The notes beneath the pieces were generated by a model that was given only the letters and a program-made list of their open reading frames with translations, was not told the DNA's origin and did not search any database. A DNA stretch of 34,858 bases, from the IMG/VR virus record IMGVR_UViG_3300027693_000013, positions 1 to 34,858 of that record; one strand, given 5' to 3'. Of this stretch, positions 1 through 7,947 are shown in pieces. The number at the start of each line of letters is the position of its first letter. Within the stretch, counting starts at the first letter, position 1. The position numbers and the translations under genes are program-made. Source of the DNA: a virus. Its lineage: Duplodnaviria > Caudoviricetes.

Positions 1-134
1 CTAGGTTGTGAGTTTCTTAACAAGCCTACGCGTTACTACCTACGTATTCAGCGCTCATGCCAGCCTAGCCATAGCTTGACGAAAAAAATCGAGGGGGGGG
101 GTAGGGCCCTGCACGGCCGGTCAAGCTGGGGGAA
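1..134. repeat. Terminal direct repeat, left copy (circular assembly overlap)
   Basis: Matches 34725-34858 except T13 vs G34737; bases 14-134 (121 nt) are identical. Confidence 0.95.
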
Positions 135-200
135 GGACCCACACAAAATTTTTATTTTTTCTATAGACTACCCCCACATTCCCACACCCCTTCATTAACT

Positions 201-884
201 ATGCAAACCCCTGTAATCATTGGAAACGCAACGCTTTATTTGGGCGACTGCATGGAAGTGCTGCCAACGCTACCAAAGGTGGATGCGGTGATTACTGATC
301 CGCCTTATGGGATTAATGCCGCCAGAACCCGTAATAGTGCGAAAGCCGGGTGGGTTGATTACGGTTGCGATGGATGGGACTTAGAGCGCCCATCAAAGGA
401 AGTATTTAATGCCATGCGGCGGGCGTCGGATGTGCAAGTAATTTGGGGTGGAAATTATTTTGCGGATTACCTTCCCGTTAGCCAACAATGGCTTTCATGG
501 GACAAGGGCCAAGACGGTTTCTCGCTTGCAGATTTTGAGCTTGCGTGGTCAAGTCAAGACAAAGCCTGCAGGCGCATCAATTACTCACGGGCTTTAGCAC
601 TTAAAGACGGGAAACAACACCCAACACAAAAGCCCTTGGTTGTAATGCGCTGGTGCATTGAGCAGGTTAAACCTGCCTGTCAAACCATCCTAGACCCATT
701 CATGGGCAGCGGCACAACAGGCGTTGCAGCTATCCAACTTGGACGCAAATTCATCGGCATTGAGCGTGAGCCGAAGTATTTTGAGATTGCTTGCAAGCGT
801 ATAGAGCAGGCGCAGGGGCAGGGGCAATTGTTTGAGCCTAATGTGAAGATTGCGGAGCAGGTTTCTTTTTTTGAGAAAGAGTGA
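201..884 (+). CDS. Orphan N6-adenine/N4-cytosine DNA methyltransferase, beta class
   Basis: LYLGDC, catalytic DPPY (motif IV), HPTQKP, then SAM-binding DPFMGSGTTG (motif I); no adjacent restriction enzyme. Confidence 0.93.
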   Translation: MQTPVIIGNATLYLGDCMEVLPTLPKVDAVITDPPYGINAARTRNSAKAGWVDYGCDGWDLERPSKEVFNAMRRASDVQVIWGGNYFADYLPVSQQWLSWDKGQDGFSLADFELAWSSQDKACRRINYSRALALKDGKQHPTQKPLVVMRWCIEQVKPACQTILDPFMGSGTTGVAAIQLGRKFIGIEREPKYFEIACKRIEQAQGQGQLFEPNVKIAEQVSFFEKE

Positions 885-887
885 GTT

Positions 888-2453
888 ATGCAAACCCCCA
901 TCTACAAGCCCCAAGAAGAGCAGGAGCTAATGTCATTGGTCTGGAGTGACCGGATCAAGGATGACCCATTGGCTTTTGTGATGTATGTGTTCCCGTGGGG
1001 TGAGGCTGGGACTCCGTTGGAGCGTTTTCGGGGGCCGAGGAAGTGGCAGAGGGAGGTGTTGAATGATTTGAGGGATCACATCCGGGCTAACAAGGCTCTC
1101 AGGGATGCGAAGTTGCCGCATCAGAGCGAGGACGACATCGGCTACAAGGTTTTGCGTGAGGCGGTGAGTTCTGGGCGGGGGATTGGCAAGTCGGCGTTGG
1201 TGTCGTGGGTGGTGATATGGATGTTGTCAACGCGGATTGGGTCTACGACGATCATTTCTGCGAACAGTGAGCCTCAGCTGAGGTCGGTGACTTGGGCGGA
1301 AATCACGAAATGGTTGGCGATGGGGATTAACAGTCACTGGTTTGAGATCAGTGCGACGCGGGTTTTGCCGGCGAAGTGGTTAACGGAGTTGGTTGAGAAG
1401 GATTTGAAGAAGGGTACGAGGTATTGGGGGATTGAGGGTCGGTTGTGGAGTGCTGAGAACCCGGATGCGTACGCGGGGGTGCACAACTTTGACGGTGTGA
1501 TGGTGATTTTTGATGAGGCGTCGGGTATTGACGATGCTATTTGGTCGGTGGCGACGGGTTTTTTCACTGAAAACACGCCAAATCGGTTTTGGTTGGCTTT
1601 TTCGAATCCGCGACGCAATGTGGGGTACTTTTTTGAGTGTTTTGGGTCCAAGAGGGACTTTTGGAACACGAAGGTGATTGATGCGCGGTCGGTAGAGGGT
1701 ACTGATAAGGCTGTGTATGACCAGATCATTGAGGAGTACGGTGAGGATTCGATCCAGGCGCGGGTGGAGGTGTATGGGGAGTTTCCGGCTGCGGGTGAGG
1801 ATCAGTTTATTTCGCCTGTTGTCATTGATGAGGCGATGTCGCGGCCGAGGTACAAGGATCAGACGGCCCCAATTGTGATTGGCGTGGATCCGGCGCGTGG
1901 TGGGATGGATTCGACGGTGATATTGGTGAGGCAGGGTCGGGATATTGTGTCGATCAAGAGGTATAAGGGGGACGACACGATGACGACGGTGGGGCATGTG
2001 ATTGAGGCGATAGAGGAGTACAAGCCTACGTTGGTGGTGATTGATGAGGGCGGGTTGGGATATGGGATTCTTGACAGGCTGACAGAACAGAGGTACAAGG
2101 TTCGCGGGGTTAACTTTGGCTGGAAGGCTAAGAATCCTGTGATGTGGGGTAATAAGCGGGCCGAGATGTGGGGTGCGATGCGGGATTGGTTGAAAACTGC
2201 GTCGATACCGTCTGACCGTGGGTTGAGATCGGACTTGTTAGGGCCGATGAAGAAGCCGGATTCGTCTGGGACGATTTTCCTTGAGGGTAAGAAGGAGATG
2301 AAGGCTCGGGGGTTGGCAAGTCCTGATGCGGCTGATGCGTTGGCTGTGACGTTTGCGTATCCGGTGGCTCATCGGGAGTACAATCCCAAAAATGAGCGGC
2401 GCGTGAGTTATGGCGCTGGCGGCGGTGTGGTTAACTCTTGGATGGGGGCGTGA
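888..2453 (+). CDS. terL: Terminase large subunit
   Basis: Walker A SGRGIGKS, Walker B VIFDEA, SNP coupling motif, RNase H-like nuclease motifs IGVDPA, VIDEGG and SPDAADALA; lies upstream of portal. Confidence 0.95.
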   Translation: MQTPIYKPQEEQELMSLVWSDRIKDDPLAFVMYVFPWGEAGTPLERFRGPRKWQREVLNDLRDHIRANKALRDAKLPHQSEDDIGYKVLREAVSSGRGIGKSALVSWVVIWMLSTRIGSTTIISANSEPQLRSVTWAEITKWLAMGINSHWFEISATRVLPAKWLTELVEKDLKKGTRYWGIEGRLWSAENPDAYAGVHNFDGVMVIFDEASGIDDAIWSVATGFFTENTPNRFWLAFSNPRRNVGYFFECFGSKRDFWNTKVIDARSVEGTDKAVYDQIIEEYGEDSIQARVEVYGEFPAAGEDQFISPVVIDEAMSRPRYKDQTAPIVIGVDPARGGMDSTVILVRQGRDIVSIKRYKGDDTMTTVGHVIEAIEEYKPTLVVIDEGGLGYGILDRLTEQRYKVRGVNFGWKAKNPVMWGNKRAEMWGAMRDWLKTASIPSDRGLRSDLLGPMKKPDSSGTIFLEGKKEMKARGLASPDAADALAVTFAYPVAHREYNPKNERRVSYGAGGGVVNSWMGA

Positions 2454-2716
2454 TGGCGACCAAGAAGAATGTTTCTTTGAGTGTTGGACGTGGGGAGAAG
2501 TTGCCTGCGTCAAAAGGGGCCGGTTTGACTGAAAAGGGCCGGGCCAAGTACAACAAAGAAACCGGGTCAAACCTAAAGGCTCCCGCGCCAAAACCAAAGA
2601 GTGAGGCCGACAAGGGGCGCAAGGCAAGTTTTTGTGCTCGTATGAAAGGCGTTGTGGACAATGCAAAGGGCCCTGCTGAGAGGGCTAAGGCATCTTTGAA
2701 ACGGTGGGAGTGTTAA
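2453..2716 (+). CDS. Small Lys-rich phage protein (DUF6321-like)
   Basis: ATG overlaps the terL stop (TGATG); motif GLTEKGRAKYN..GSNLKAP..RKASFCARMKG. Confidence 0.7.
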   Translation: MATKKNVSLSVGRGEKLPASKGAGLTEKGRAKYNKETGSNLKAPAPKPKSEADKGRKASFCARMKGVVDNAKGPAERAKASLKRWEC

Positions 2717-2718
2717 TC

Positions 2719-3216
2719 GTGAAAACGTGCTTTTGCTGCAAAACAGACAAGCCTTACAGCTTGTTTTTTAAGCATCATTTGACCACGGACGGTTACCATA
2801 GTTGGTGCAAAGATTGTTGCGCTGAAGGTAACAAACGGTCCAGAGCAAAGCAGAATTCCACAATTGAAGGCCGTGCAAGGGTGTTTTTGCAAAATGCCAA
2901 GAAAAGCGCAACTAAGCGTCAGCAAGTTTTTTCGCTTACTATTGGCGACATCGTAAGATGCTGGAAAGAACAGAACGGTGTTTGCGCTTACAGCGGTCGT
3001 CAAATGACATTGACTGCTGGTGAACTCAACACGGTGTCAATTGAAAGAATTGACAGCGCGGTGGGTTACACACTAGAAAACACAATTTTGGTGTGCCAAG
3101 CCATTAATCGCATGAAGTCAGATTTTGGTTTTGAGGACTTTTACAATTTGTGCCGAGATGTTGTCAATTTTCTTGGTGACGACGAACTTAAACTTGCTGT
3201 TGGAGATTACAAATGA
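2719..3216 (+). CDS. Free-standing HNH/His-Me finger endonuclease with N-terminal zinc finger
   Basis: CxxC..K....F......DG..SWCKDC zinc finger; CAYSG..SIERIDSAVGYTLENTILVCQAINRMK nuclease-like region; probable GTG start at 2719. Confidence 0.8.
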   Translation: MKTCFCCKTDKPYSLFFKHHLTTDGYHSWCKDCCAEGNKRSRAKQNSTIEGRARVFLQNAKKSATKRQQVFSLTIGDIVRCWKEQNGVCAYSGRQMTLTAGELNTVSIERIDSAVGYTLENTILVCQAINRMKSDFGFEDFYNLCRDVVNFLGDDELKLAVGDYK

Positions 3217-3365
3217 GCAAGCCTGGCCTTTATTCTGCAATTCATGCCAAGCGCGAGCGTATTGCGGCTGGCTCTGGCGAAAAGATGAAAAAGCCCGGTA
3301 GTGCTGGCGCCCCAACGGCCAAGGCTTTTAAAGAGTCGGCCAAGACTGCCAAAAAGGGTAAATAA
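3213..3365 (+). CDS. 50-aa Lys/Ala-rich basic protein (not in ORF track)
   Basis: MSKPGLYSAIHAKRERIAAGSGEKMKKPGSAGAPTAKAFKESAKTAKKGK; ATGA overlap with HNH stop; GGAG Shine-Dalgarno. Confidence 0.8.
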   Translation: MSKPGLYSAIHAKRERIAAGSGEKMKKPGSAGAPTAKAFKESAKTAKKGK

Positions 3366-3508
3366 TGCCACTTGTTAAGTCTAAATCTCCTGAGGCCTTC
3401 CGCAAAAATGTGAAGGCTGAGGTTGCTGCCGGCAAGCCTGTGAAACAAGCGGTTGCCATAGCGTACGCAACTAAACGAGCTGCTTCAACTACACCCAAGA
3501 AAAAATGA
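3365..3508 (+). CDS. 47-aa basic protein (not in ORF track)
   Basis: MPLVKSKSPEAFRKNVKAEVAAGKPVKQAVAIAYATKRAASTTPKKK; stop/start overlaps at both ends (TAATG, ATGA). Confidence 0.8.
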   Translation: MPLVKSKSPEAFRKNVKAEVAAGKPVKQAVAIAYATKRAASTTPKKK

Positions 3509-3780
3509 ACCTTAAACCACTAAGCAATTGCGTATTGATTGAGCAGGACGTTGAGAAGTCTAGCGGGCTGATTATTTTGCCTGAGAGCAAGATTTCCAGT
3601 GGTGTGGTGGTTGCTGTTGGGACTGGTCTTCGCAAGGAAGATGGCTCGTTGGTACCGATGGATTTGGTGGTGGGTGACCGGGTTCTGTTTGGTGAGTATT
3701 CCGGTCAGAAGGTCAAGCATGATGGTAAAGAGTACCTTATGATGCGTGAGCCTGACGTGATTGGGGTATTGAATGGCTGA
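3505..3780 (+). CDS. groES: Co-chaperonin GroES (Cpn10)
   Basis: LKPL..V.IE, SGLIILP mobile loop, GVVVAVGTG, VGDRVLFGEYSG, EYLMMREPDVIGVL. Confidence 0.93.
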   Translation: MNLKPLSNCVLIEQDVEKSSGLIILPESKISSGVVVAVGTGLRKEDGSLVPMDLVVGDRVLFGEYSGQKVKHDGKEYLMMREPDVIGVLNG

Positions 3781-5962
3781 TTTGAGTTCTGCGGGATCGG
3801 TGGCCAATGGCGGCAAGCGTGGCGGCAAGTCAGAATCTGACGTGCTGGCTACAGCTCGCGCTAGGCTTAATATGGCCATTTCCGCGTACTCAGAAAGCCG
3901 CGAAGATGAGATTGACGATCTTCGCTTCTTCGCCGGGTCGCCAGACAACCATTGGCAGTGGCCAGCCGATGTCTTGGCGACTCGGGGGGCTGTGCAGGGT
4001 CAGACGATCAATGCACGGCCTTGCTTGACCATCAATAAGCTTCCACAGCACGTTCGTCAGGTCACGAACGATCAGCGTCAGAATCGTCCTGCGATCAAGG
4101 TAATCCCGGTTGACGACAAGGCTGATACGGAAGTTGCTGACATCTTTGACGGGCTGATGCGTCATATCGAGTACATCTCTGACGCTGATGTGGCGTATGA
4201 CACGGCCTGTGAGAATCAGGTGGCCTATGGTGAGGGCTACATTCGGTTGCTGACTGAGTACTGTGATTCGGATTCGTTCGACCAGGACATCAAGATTGGC
4301 CGGGTGCGCAATTCCTTCTCGGTGTACATGGATCCGACGATTCAGGATCCGTGCGGCTCGGATGCCAAGTGGTGTTTCATCACTGAGGACATCCTCAAAG
4401 AGGATTACGAGCGGATGTTCCCGGATGCCAATCCTATTTCGACGTTGCAGACGTTGGGGGTGGGTGATCAGTCGTTGGCTCAGTGGGTAAACGAGGACAC
4501 GATTCGGATTGCAGAATACTTCTACGTTGAGCACGAGAGCAAGACGTTGAATCTGTACCCGGGCAATGTTTCTTTGTTTGAAGGCTCTGCCGAAGACAGG
4601 AACATGAAGGCGATGGGCATGAAGCCTGTTCGCACTCGTAAAGCTGATGTTCAGAAAGTCAAGTGGTGCAAGATCAATGGCTACGAGATTCTGGAAGAGC
4701 AAGATTGGGCTGGTAAGTTTATTCCTGTGGTGCGGGTTGTTGGCAACGAGTTTGAGGTTGATGGTCGTATCTATGTGTCGGGCTTGGTTCGCAATGCCAA
4801 GGATGCTCAGCGCATGTACAACTATTGGGTTAGTCAAGAAGCTGAAATGCTTGCCTTGGCTCCAAAGGCCCCCTTCATTGGTTACGGCGGGCAGTTTGAA
4901 GGCTACGAGCAGCAGTGGAAGACTGCGAATACGCAGAACTGGCCGTATCTTGAGGTTAATCCGGACGTTACGGACGGCCAAGGTGCAGTCTTACCCTTGC
5001 CTCAACGTGCCTTGCCTCCAATGGCCCAGACAGGCCTTATTCAGGCCAAGATGGGCGCTTCGGACGACATCAAGAGCACGACGGGTCAGTATGATTCGAG
5101 TCTCGGGGCAACCAGCAATGAGCGGTCTGGCCGGGCTATTCTCGCGCGCGAGAAGCAAGGCGATACGGGCACGTATCATTACGTAGACAATTTGGCTCGC
5201 GCTGTGCGCCACATTGGTCGTCAGATCATTGACATGGCTCCCAAGATTTATGACACCCAGCGCATTGCGCGGATTATTGGCTTGGATGGTGAGACCAAGA
5301 TGGCCAAGATTGATCCTACGCAGCAAGAGCCTGTGCGTAAGATTGAGGATCAAGCGGGCATTGTGATCGACAAGATCTACAATTTGGGCGTTGGCAAATA
5401 CGATGTTTGCGTCACGACTGGCCCGAGCTACATGACCAAGCGCCAAGAGTCTTTGGATGCGATGAGCCAGTTGTTGCAGGGCAATCCGCAGTTGTGGGCG
5501 GTGGCTGGTGACTTGTTCATCAAGAACATGGACTGGCCTGGGGCTGAGGAGATGGCCAAGCGGTTCTCTAAGACTATTGATCCTAAGTTGCTGTCTGACG
5601 ATGACAAGACGCCAGAGTTGCAGGCTGCTGAACAGCAGATCCAGGCGATGGGTCAAGAGATGGAGCAAATGCACCAGATGCTGAAGAATGTTCAGCAGTC
5701 TATGGAGGCTCGTGACATTGCCGTCAAGGAGTTTGATTCTCAGGTGAAGGCATATCAAGCTGAGACGCAGCGTATCAGTGCTGTGCAGGCTTCTATGTCG
5801 CCTGAGCAGATTCAGGACATCGTGATGGGCACGATTGCGGCGGCGATGGACACGGGTGACCTGATTGCCGGTGCTCCGCAGATGCGTCAAGAGATGCCAG
5901 AAATGATGGAGCAAATGCCAGAGCAAATGCCACAACAAGGGATGCAAAATGAAGGCATGTGA
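3773..5962 (+). CDS. Portal protein, P22-like
   Basis: 729 aa; RPCLTINKL, GLVRNAKDAQRMYNY, SGRAILAR and GKYDV motifs; Q/M/E-rich C-terminal helical region. Confidence 0.93.
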   Translation: MADLSSAGSVANGGKRGGKSESDVLATARARLNMAISAYSESREDEIDDLRFFAGSPDNHWQWPADVLATRGAVQGQTINARPCLTINKLPQHVRQVTNDQRQNRPAIKVIPVDDKADTEVADIFDGLMRHIEYISDADVAYDTACENQVAYGEGYIRLLTEYCDSDSFDQDIKIGRVRNSFSVYMDPTIQDPCGSDAKWCFITEDILKEDYERMFPDANPISTLQTLGVGDQSLAQWVNEDTIRIAEYFYVEHESKTLNLYPGNVSLFEGSAEDRNMKAMGMKPVRTRKADVQKVKWCKINGYEILEEQDWAGKFIPVVRVVGNEFEVDGRIYVSGLVRNAKDAQRMYNYWVSQEAEMLALAPKAPFIGYGGQFEGYEQQWKTANTQNWPYLEVNPDVTDGQGAVLPLPQRALPPMAQTGLIQAKMGASDDIKSTTGQYDSSLGATSNERSGRAILAREKQGDTGTYHYVDNLARAVRHIGRQIIDMAPKIYDTQRIARIIGLDGETKMAKIDPTQQEPVRKIEDQAGIVIDKIYNLGVGKYDVCVTTGPSYMTKRQESLDAMSQLLQGNPQLWAVAGDLFIKNMDWPGAEEMAKRFSKTIDPKLLSDDDKTPELQAAEQQIQAMGQEMEQMHQMLKNVQQSMEARDIAVKEFDSQVKAYQAETQRISAVQASMSPEQIQDIVMGTIAAAMDTGDLIAGAPQMRQEMPEMMEQMPEQMPQQGMQNEGM

Positions 5963-6311
5963 TTTCGTCGGGATGTTGTTCCTGGCCCGTGATGTGGCCC
6001 ATTCGGTGCATCTGAACACCCGCAGCTTTGCCAAGCACAAGGCGCTGCGCCACTTCTACAATGACATTGTGGACTTTGCCGACAAGTTTGCCGAGGCTTA
6101 TCAAGGCAAATACGGCCTGATGGGTCCGATTTCTCTGATGTCTGCCAAGAAAACGACCAACATTGTTGAGTTCTTGCAGGATCAGGTGGAAGAGATTGAG
6201 GCGGAGCGGTATAAAGTTGTGGATAAGGACTGCACGCCGTTGCACAATATCATCGACGAGATTGTTGCACTGTATCTTTCGACTCTGTACAAGCTCAGGT
6301 TTCTTGCATAA
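5949..6311 (+). CDS. Ferritin/Dps-like four-helix-bundle protein (DUF5856-like)
   Basis: HSVHLNTRSFAKHKAL..FY......D.FAEAYQGKYG and NIIDEI......TLYKL. Confidence 0.75.
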   Translation: MKACDFVGMLFLARDVAHSVHLNTRSFAKHKALRHFYNDIVDFADKFAEAYQGKYGLMGPISLMSAKKTTNIVEFLQDQVEEIEAERYKVVDKDCTPLHNIIDEIVALYLSTLYKLRFLA

Positions 6312-6317
6312 GGTAAT

Positions 6318-6623
6318 ATGATGGAACTTCTTCGCCCCCTTTCTGATGCCAACTACCCTGCTCGCACGGTAGCCTATACTGACACTGCGGGGAGCACTTC
6401 GACGTGGCCCCCAGGGGCTGAAGGCGTGGTGGTCTGGTCTACAACCACATGCTATGTAGCTGTTGGAGTGGGCGCTACGGCGACGACTTCAAGCACTCCA
6501 ATTCCTGCCTACACGCCGATTCCGTTCTATTTGGAACCAGGTTCTGGTGCACCGTGGCGCGTAAGTGCAATCCGCGTCGGTGACAGCGGAAGCATTTACT
6601 GTAAACCGATCAACATTCGATGA
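6318..6623 (+). CDS. Hypothetical beta-rich virion protein
   Basis: Thr/Ser/Ala-rich; AAGG Shine-Dalgarno; inside the structural operon. Confidence 0.65.
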   Translation: MMELLRPLSDANYPARTVAYTDTAGSTSTWPPGAEGVVVWSTTTCYVAVGVGATATTSSTPIPAYTPIPFYLEPGSGAPWRVSAIRVGDSGSIYCKPINIR

Positions 6624-6784
6624 GCTGGGGTATCGGCCTTCGCAACTCAGTGGCAATTGGCCTAGCGGGGATTGTCACACTTTTCTCTGGCACCCGCGAT
6701 AGTGGGTCGTCTGTAAGCAACCTTCTCACCGAATCAGGCGACAACCTCGTGCAAGAGGATGGCGGCTTGATCTTGTTGGAATAA
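6620..6784 (+). CDS. 54-aa virion peptide with acidic LLTESGDNLVQEDGGLILLE C-terminus (not in ORF track)
   Basis: MSWGIGLRNSVAIGLAGIVTLFSGTRDSGSSVSNLLTESGDNLVQEDGGLILLE; ATGA overlap; fills the gap between neighbours. Confidence 0.75.
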   Translation: MSWGIGLRNSVAIGLAGIVTLFSGTRDSGSSVSNLLTESGDNLVQEDGGLILLE

Positions 6785-6787
6785 CAA

Positions 6788-7288
6788 ATGCCTACCGTAT
6801 CCCTCTCAATTTTTGGCGGCGTTGGCGCTCAGTTTTTTGACAACAACGGTGTCCCGCTGTCCGGTGGCAAGATTTACACCTACGAGGCTGGCACATCAAC
6901 ACCGTTGGCAACGTACACGTCAAGTACTGGCGTCACTGCTCACACAAACCCTATTGTGTTGGACGCTGCTGGAAGGGTGCCCGGAGGTGAAATTTGGAAC
7001 CAGTTGCGGCTCTACAAATTTGTCCTTAAAACCAGCGCCGAGGTTTTAATTGCCACGTATGACAACGTGGGCAGCAGTTTTAACGCTACTGCAATTATTG
7101 CCAACTTCACGGGCAACGGCTCCACTGTTGCATTTACGTTGGCAAGCGCACCCGCAGGCGAAAACGCAACCAACGTGTACATCAACGGGGTGTACCAGCA
7201 AAAGAATACTTACAGCGTTGCTGGCGCTGTTCTTACCTTCTCAGAAGCGCCTCCAGTTACTTCATCAATTGAAGTGAACTACGTCTAA
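6788..7288 (+). CDS. Spike/fibre adaptor with particle-binding-like N-terminal domain
   Basis: FFDNNGVPLSGGKIYTYEAGT..NPIVLDAAGR resembles podovirus tailspike N-termini; C-terminal FTGNGSTVAFTL..VYINGVYQ..LTFSEAPP module. Confidence 0.65.
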   Translation: MPTVSLSIFGGVGAQFFDNNGVPLSGGKIYTYEAGTSTPLATYTSSTGVTAHTNPIVLDAAGRVPGGEIWNQLRLYKFVLKTSAEVLIATYDNVGSSFNATAIIANFTGNGSTVAFTLASAPAGENATNVYINGVYQQKNTYSVAGAVLTFSEAPPVTSSIEVNYV

Positions 7289-7297
7289 GGAACAATC

Positions 7298-7930
7298 ATG
7301 GCCGACACCAAAATCTCCGCGTTAACTGGCGCAACCACCCCGCTTGCCGGCACCGAGGTGTTGCCGATTGTTCAAGGCGGCGCAACTGTAAAAGTGTCTG
7401 TTGCAAATTTGACTGCTGGTCGTGCAGTTGCAACGGCTGGTGGCTCGTTTACTGACAACGTTACTCAAAGCACCGCCGGCAAAGGCGTCAACTTTACCGC
7501 CAACACCCCCGCAGCGGGCATGACGAGCCAGTTGTTGAATTGGTATGAGGAGGGGACTTGGACGCCTGAATATCAAACAACAGGGTCTGCGCCAACCATC
7601 ACATATCTTGTGCAGTTGGGTCGCTACACCAGAATCGGGCGAATTGTTTTATTCAATATTGAATTGGTCACCACAGCCAAGACAGGCGGAACCGGAAACA
7701 TGCGTATTGGTGGATTGCCGTTTACAATCGCGCAACGATACAGTGCCTTGCCTGTTTCCTCATATTGGCTCGGCTGGACCACAGCTGCTCCAATTACAGG
7801 GGTCGGTGTTAATGGAAATACATTCTTTGAGTTGTATTCTGACAATGCGACTAACTCAACCGCAGTCCCAATCGCAAACCTTACCGACTCTGCCGTTTAT
7901 CTGTATATGTCAGGAAGCTACCTCGTTTAA
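7298..7930 (+). CDS. Short fibre / receptor-binding protein
   Basis: MADTKISAL N-terminus; YEEGTWTP..GRYTRIGRIV..IGGLPF fibre-head motif. Confidence 0.7.
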   Translation: MADTKISALTGATTPLAGTEVLPIVQGGATVKVSVANLTAGRAVATAGGSFTDNVTQSTAGKGVNFTANTPAAGMTSQLLNWYEEGTWTPEYQTTGSAPTITYLVQLGRYTRIGRIVLFNIELVTTAKTGGTGNMRIGGLPFTIAQRYSALPVSSYWLGWTTAAPITGVGVNGNTFFELYSDNATNSTAVPIANLTDSAVYLYMSGSYLV

Positions 7931-7947
7931 TATATTAAGGAATTATA

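Noticed and set aside
1-134. Biological terminal repeat
   Set aside because: The 121-nt exact match is typical of an assembler k-mer overlap on a circular contig, and P22-like phages are usually circularly permuted. The one mismatch probably reflects population variation.
5880-5945. Short tandem repeat GAGCAAATGCCA
   Set aside because: It encodes the low-complexity M/Q/P/E portal tail and is not a separate element
3890-6040. Long antisense ORFs (363 and 349 aa) opposite the portal gene
   Set aside because: Shadow frames from codon bias; no motifs, and they overlap a confident gene
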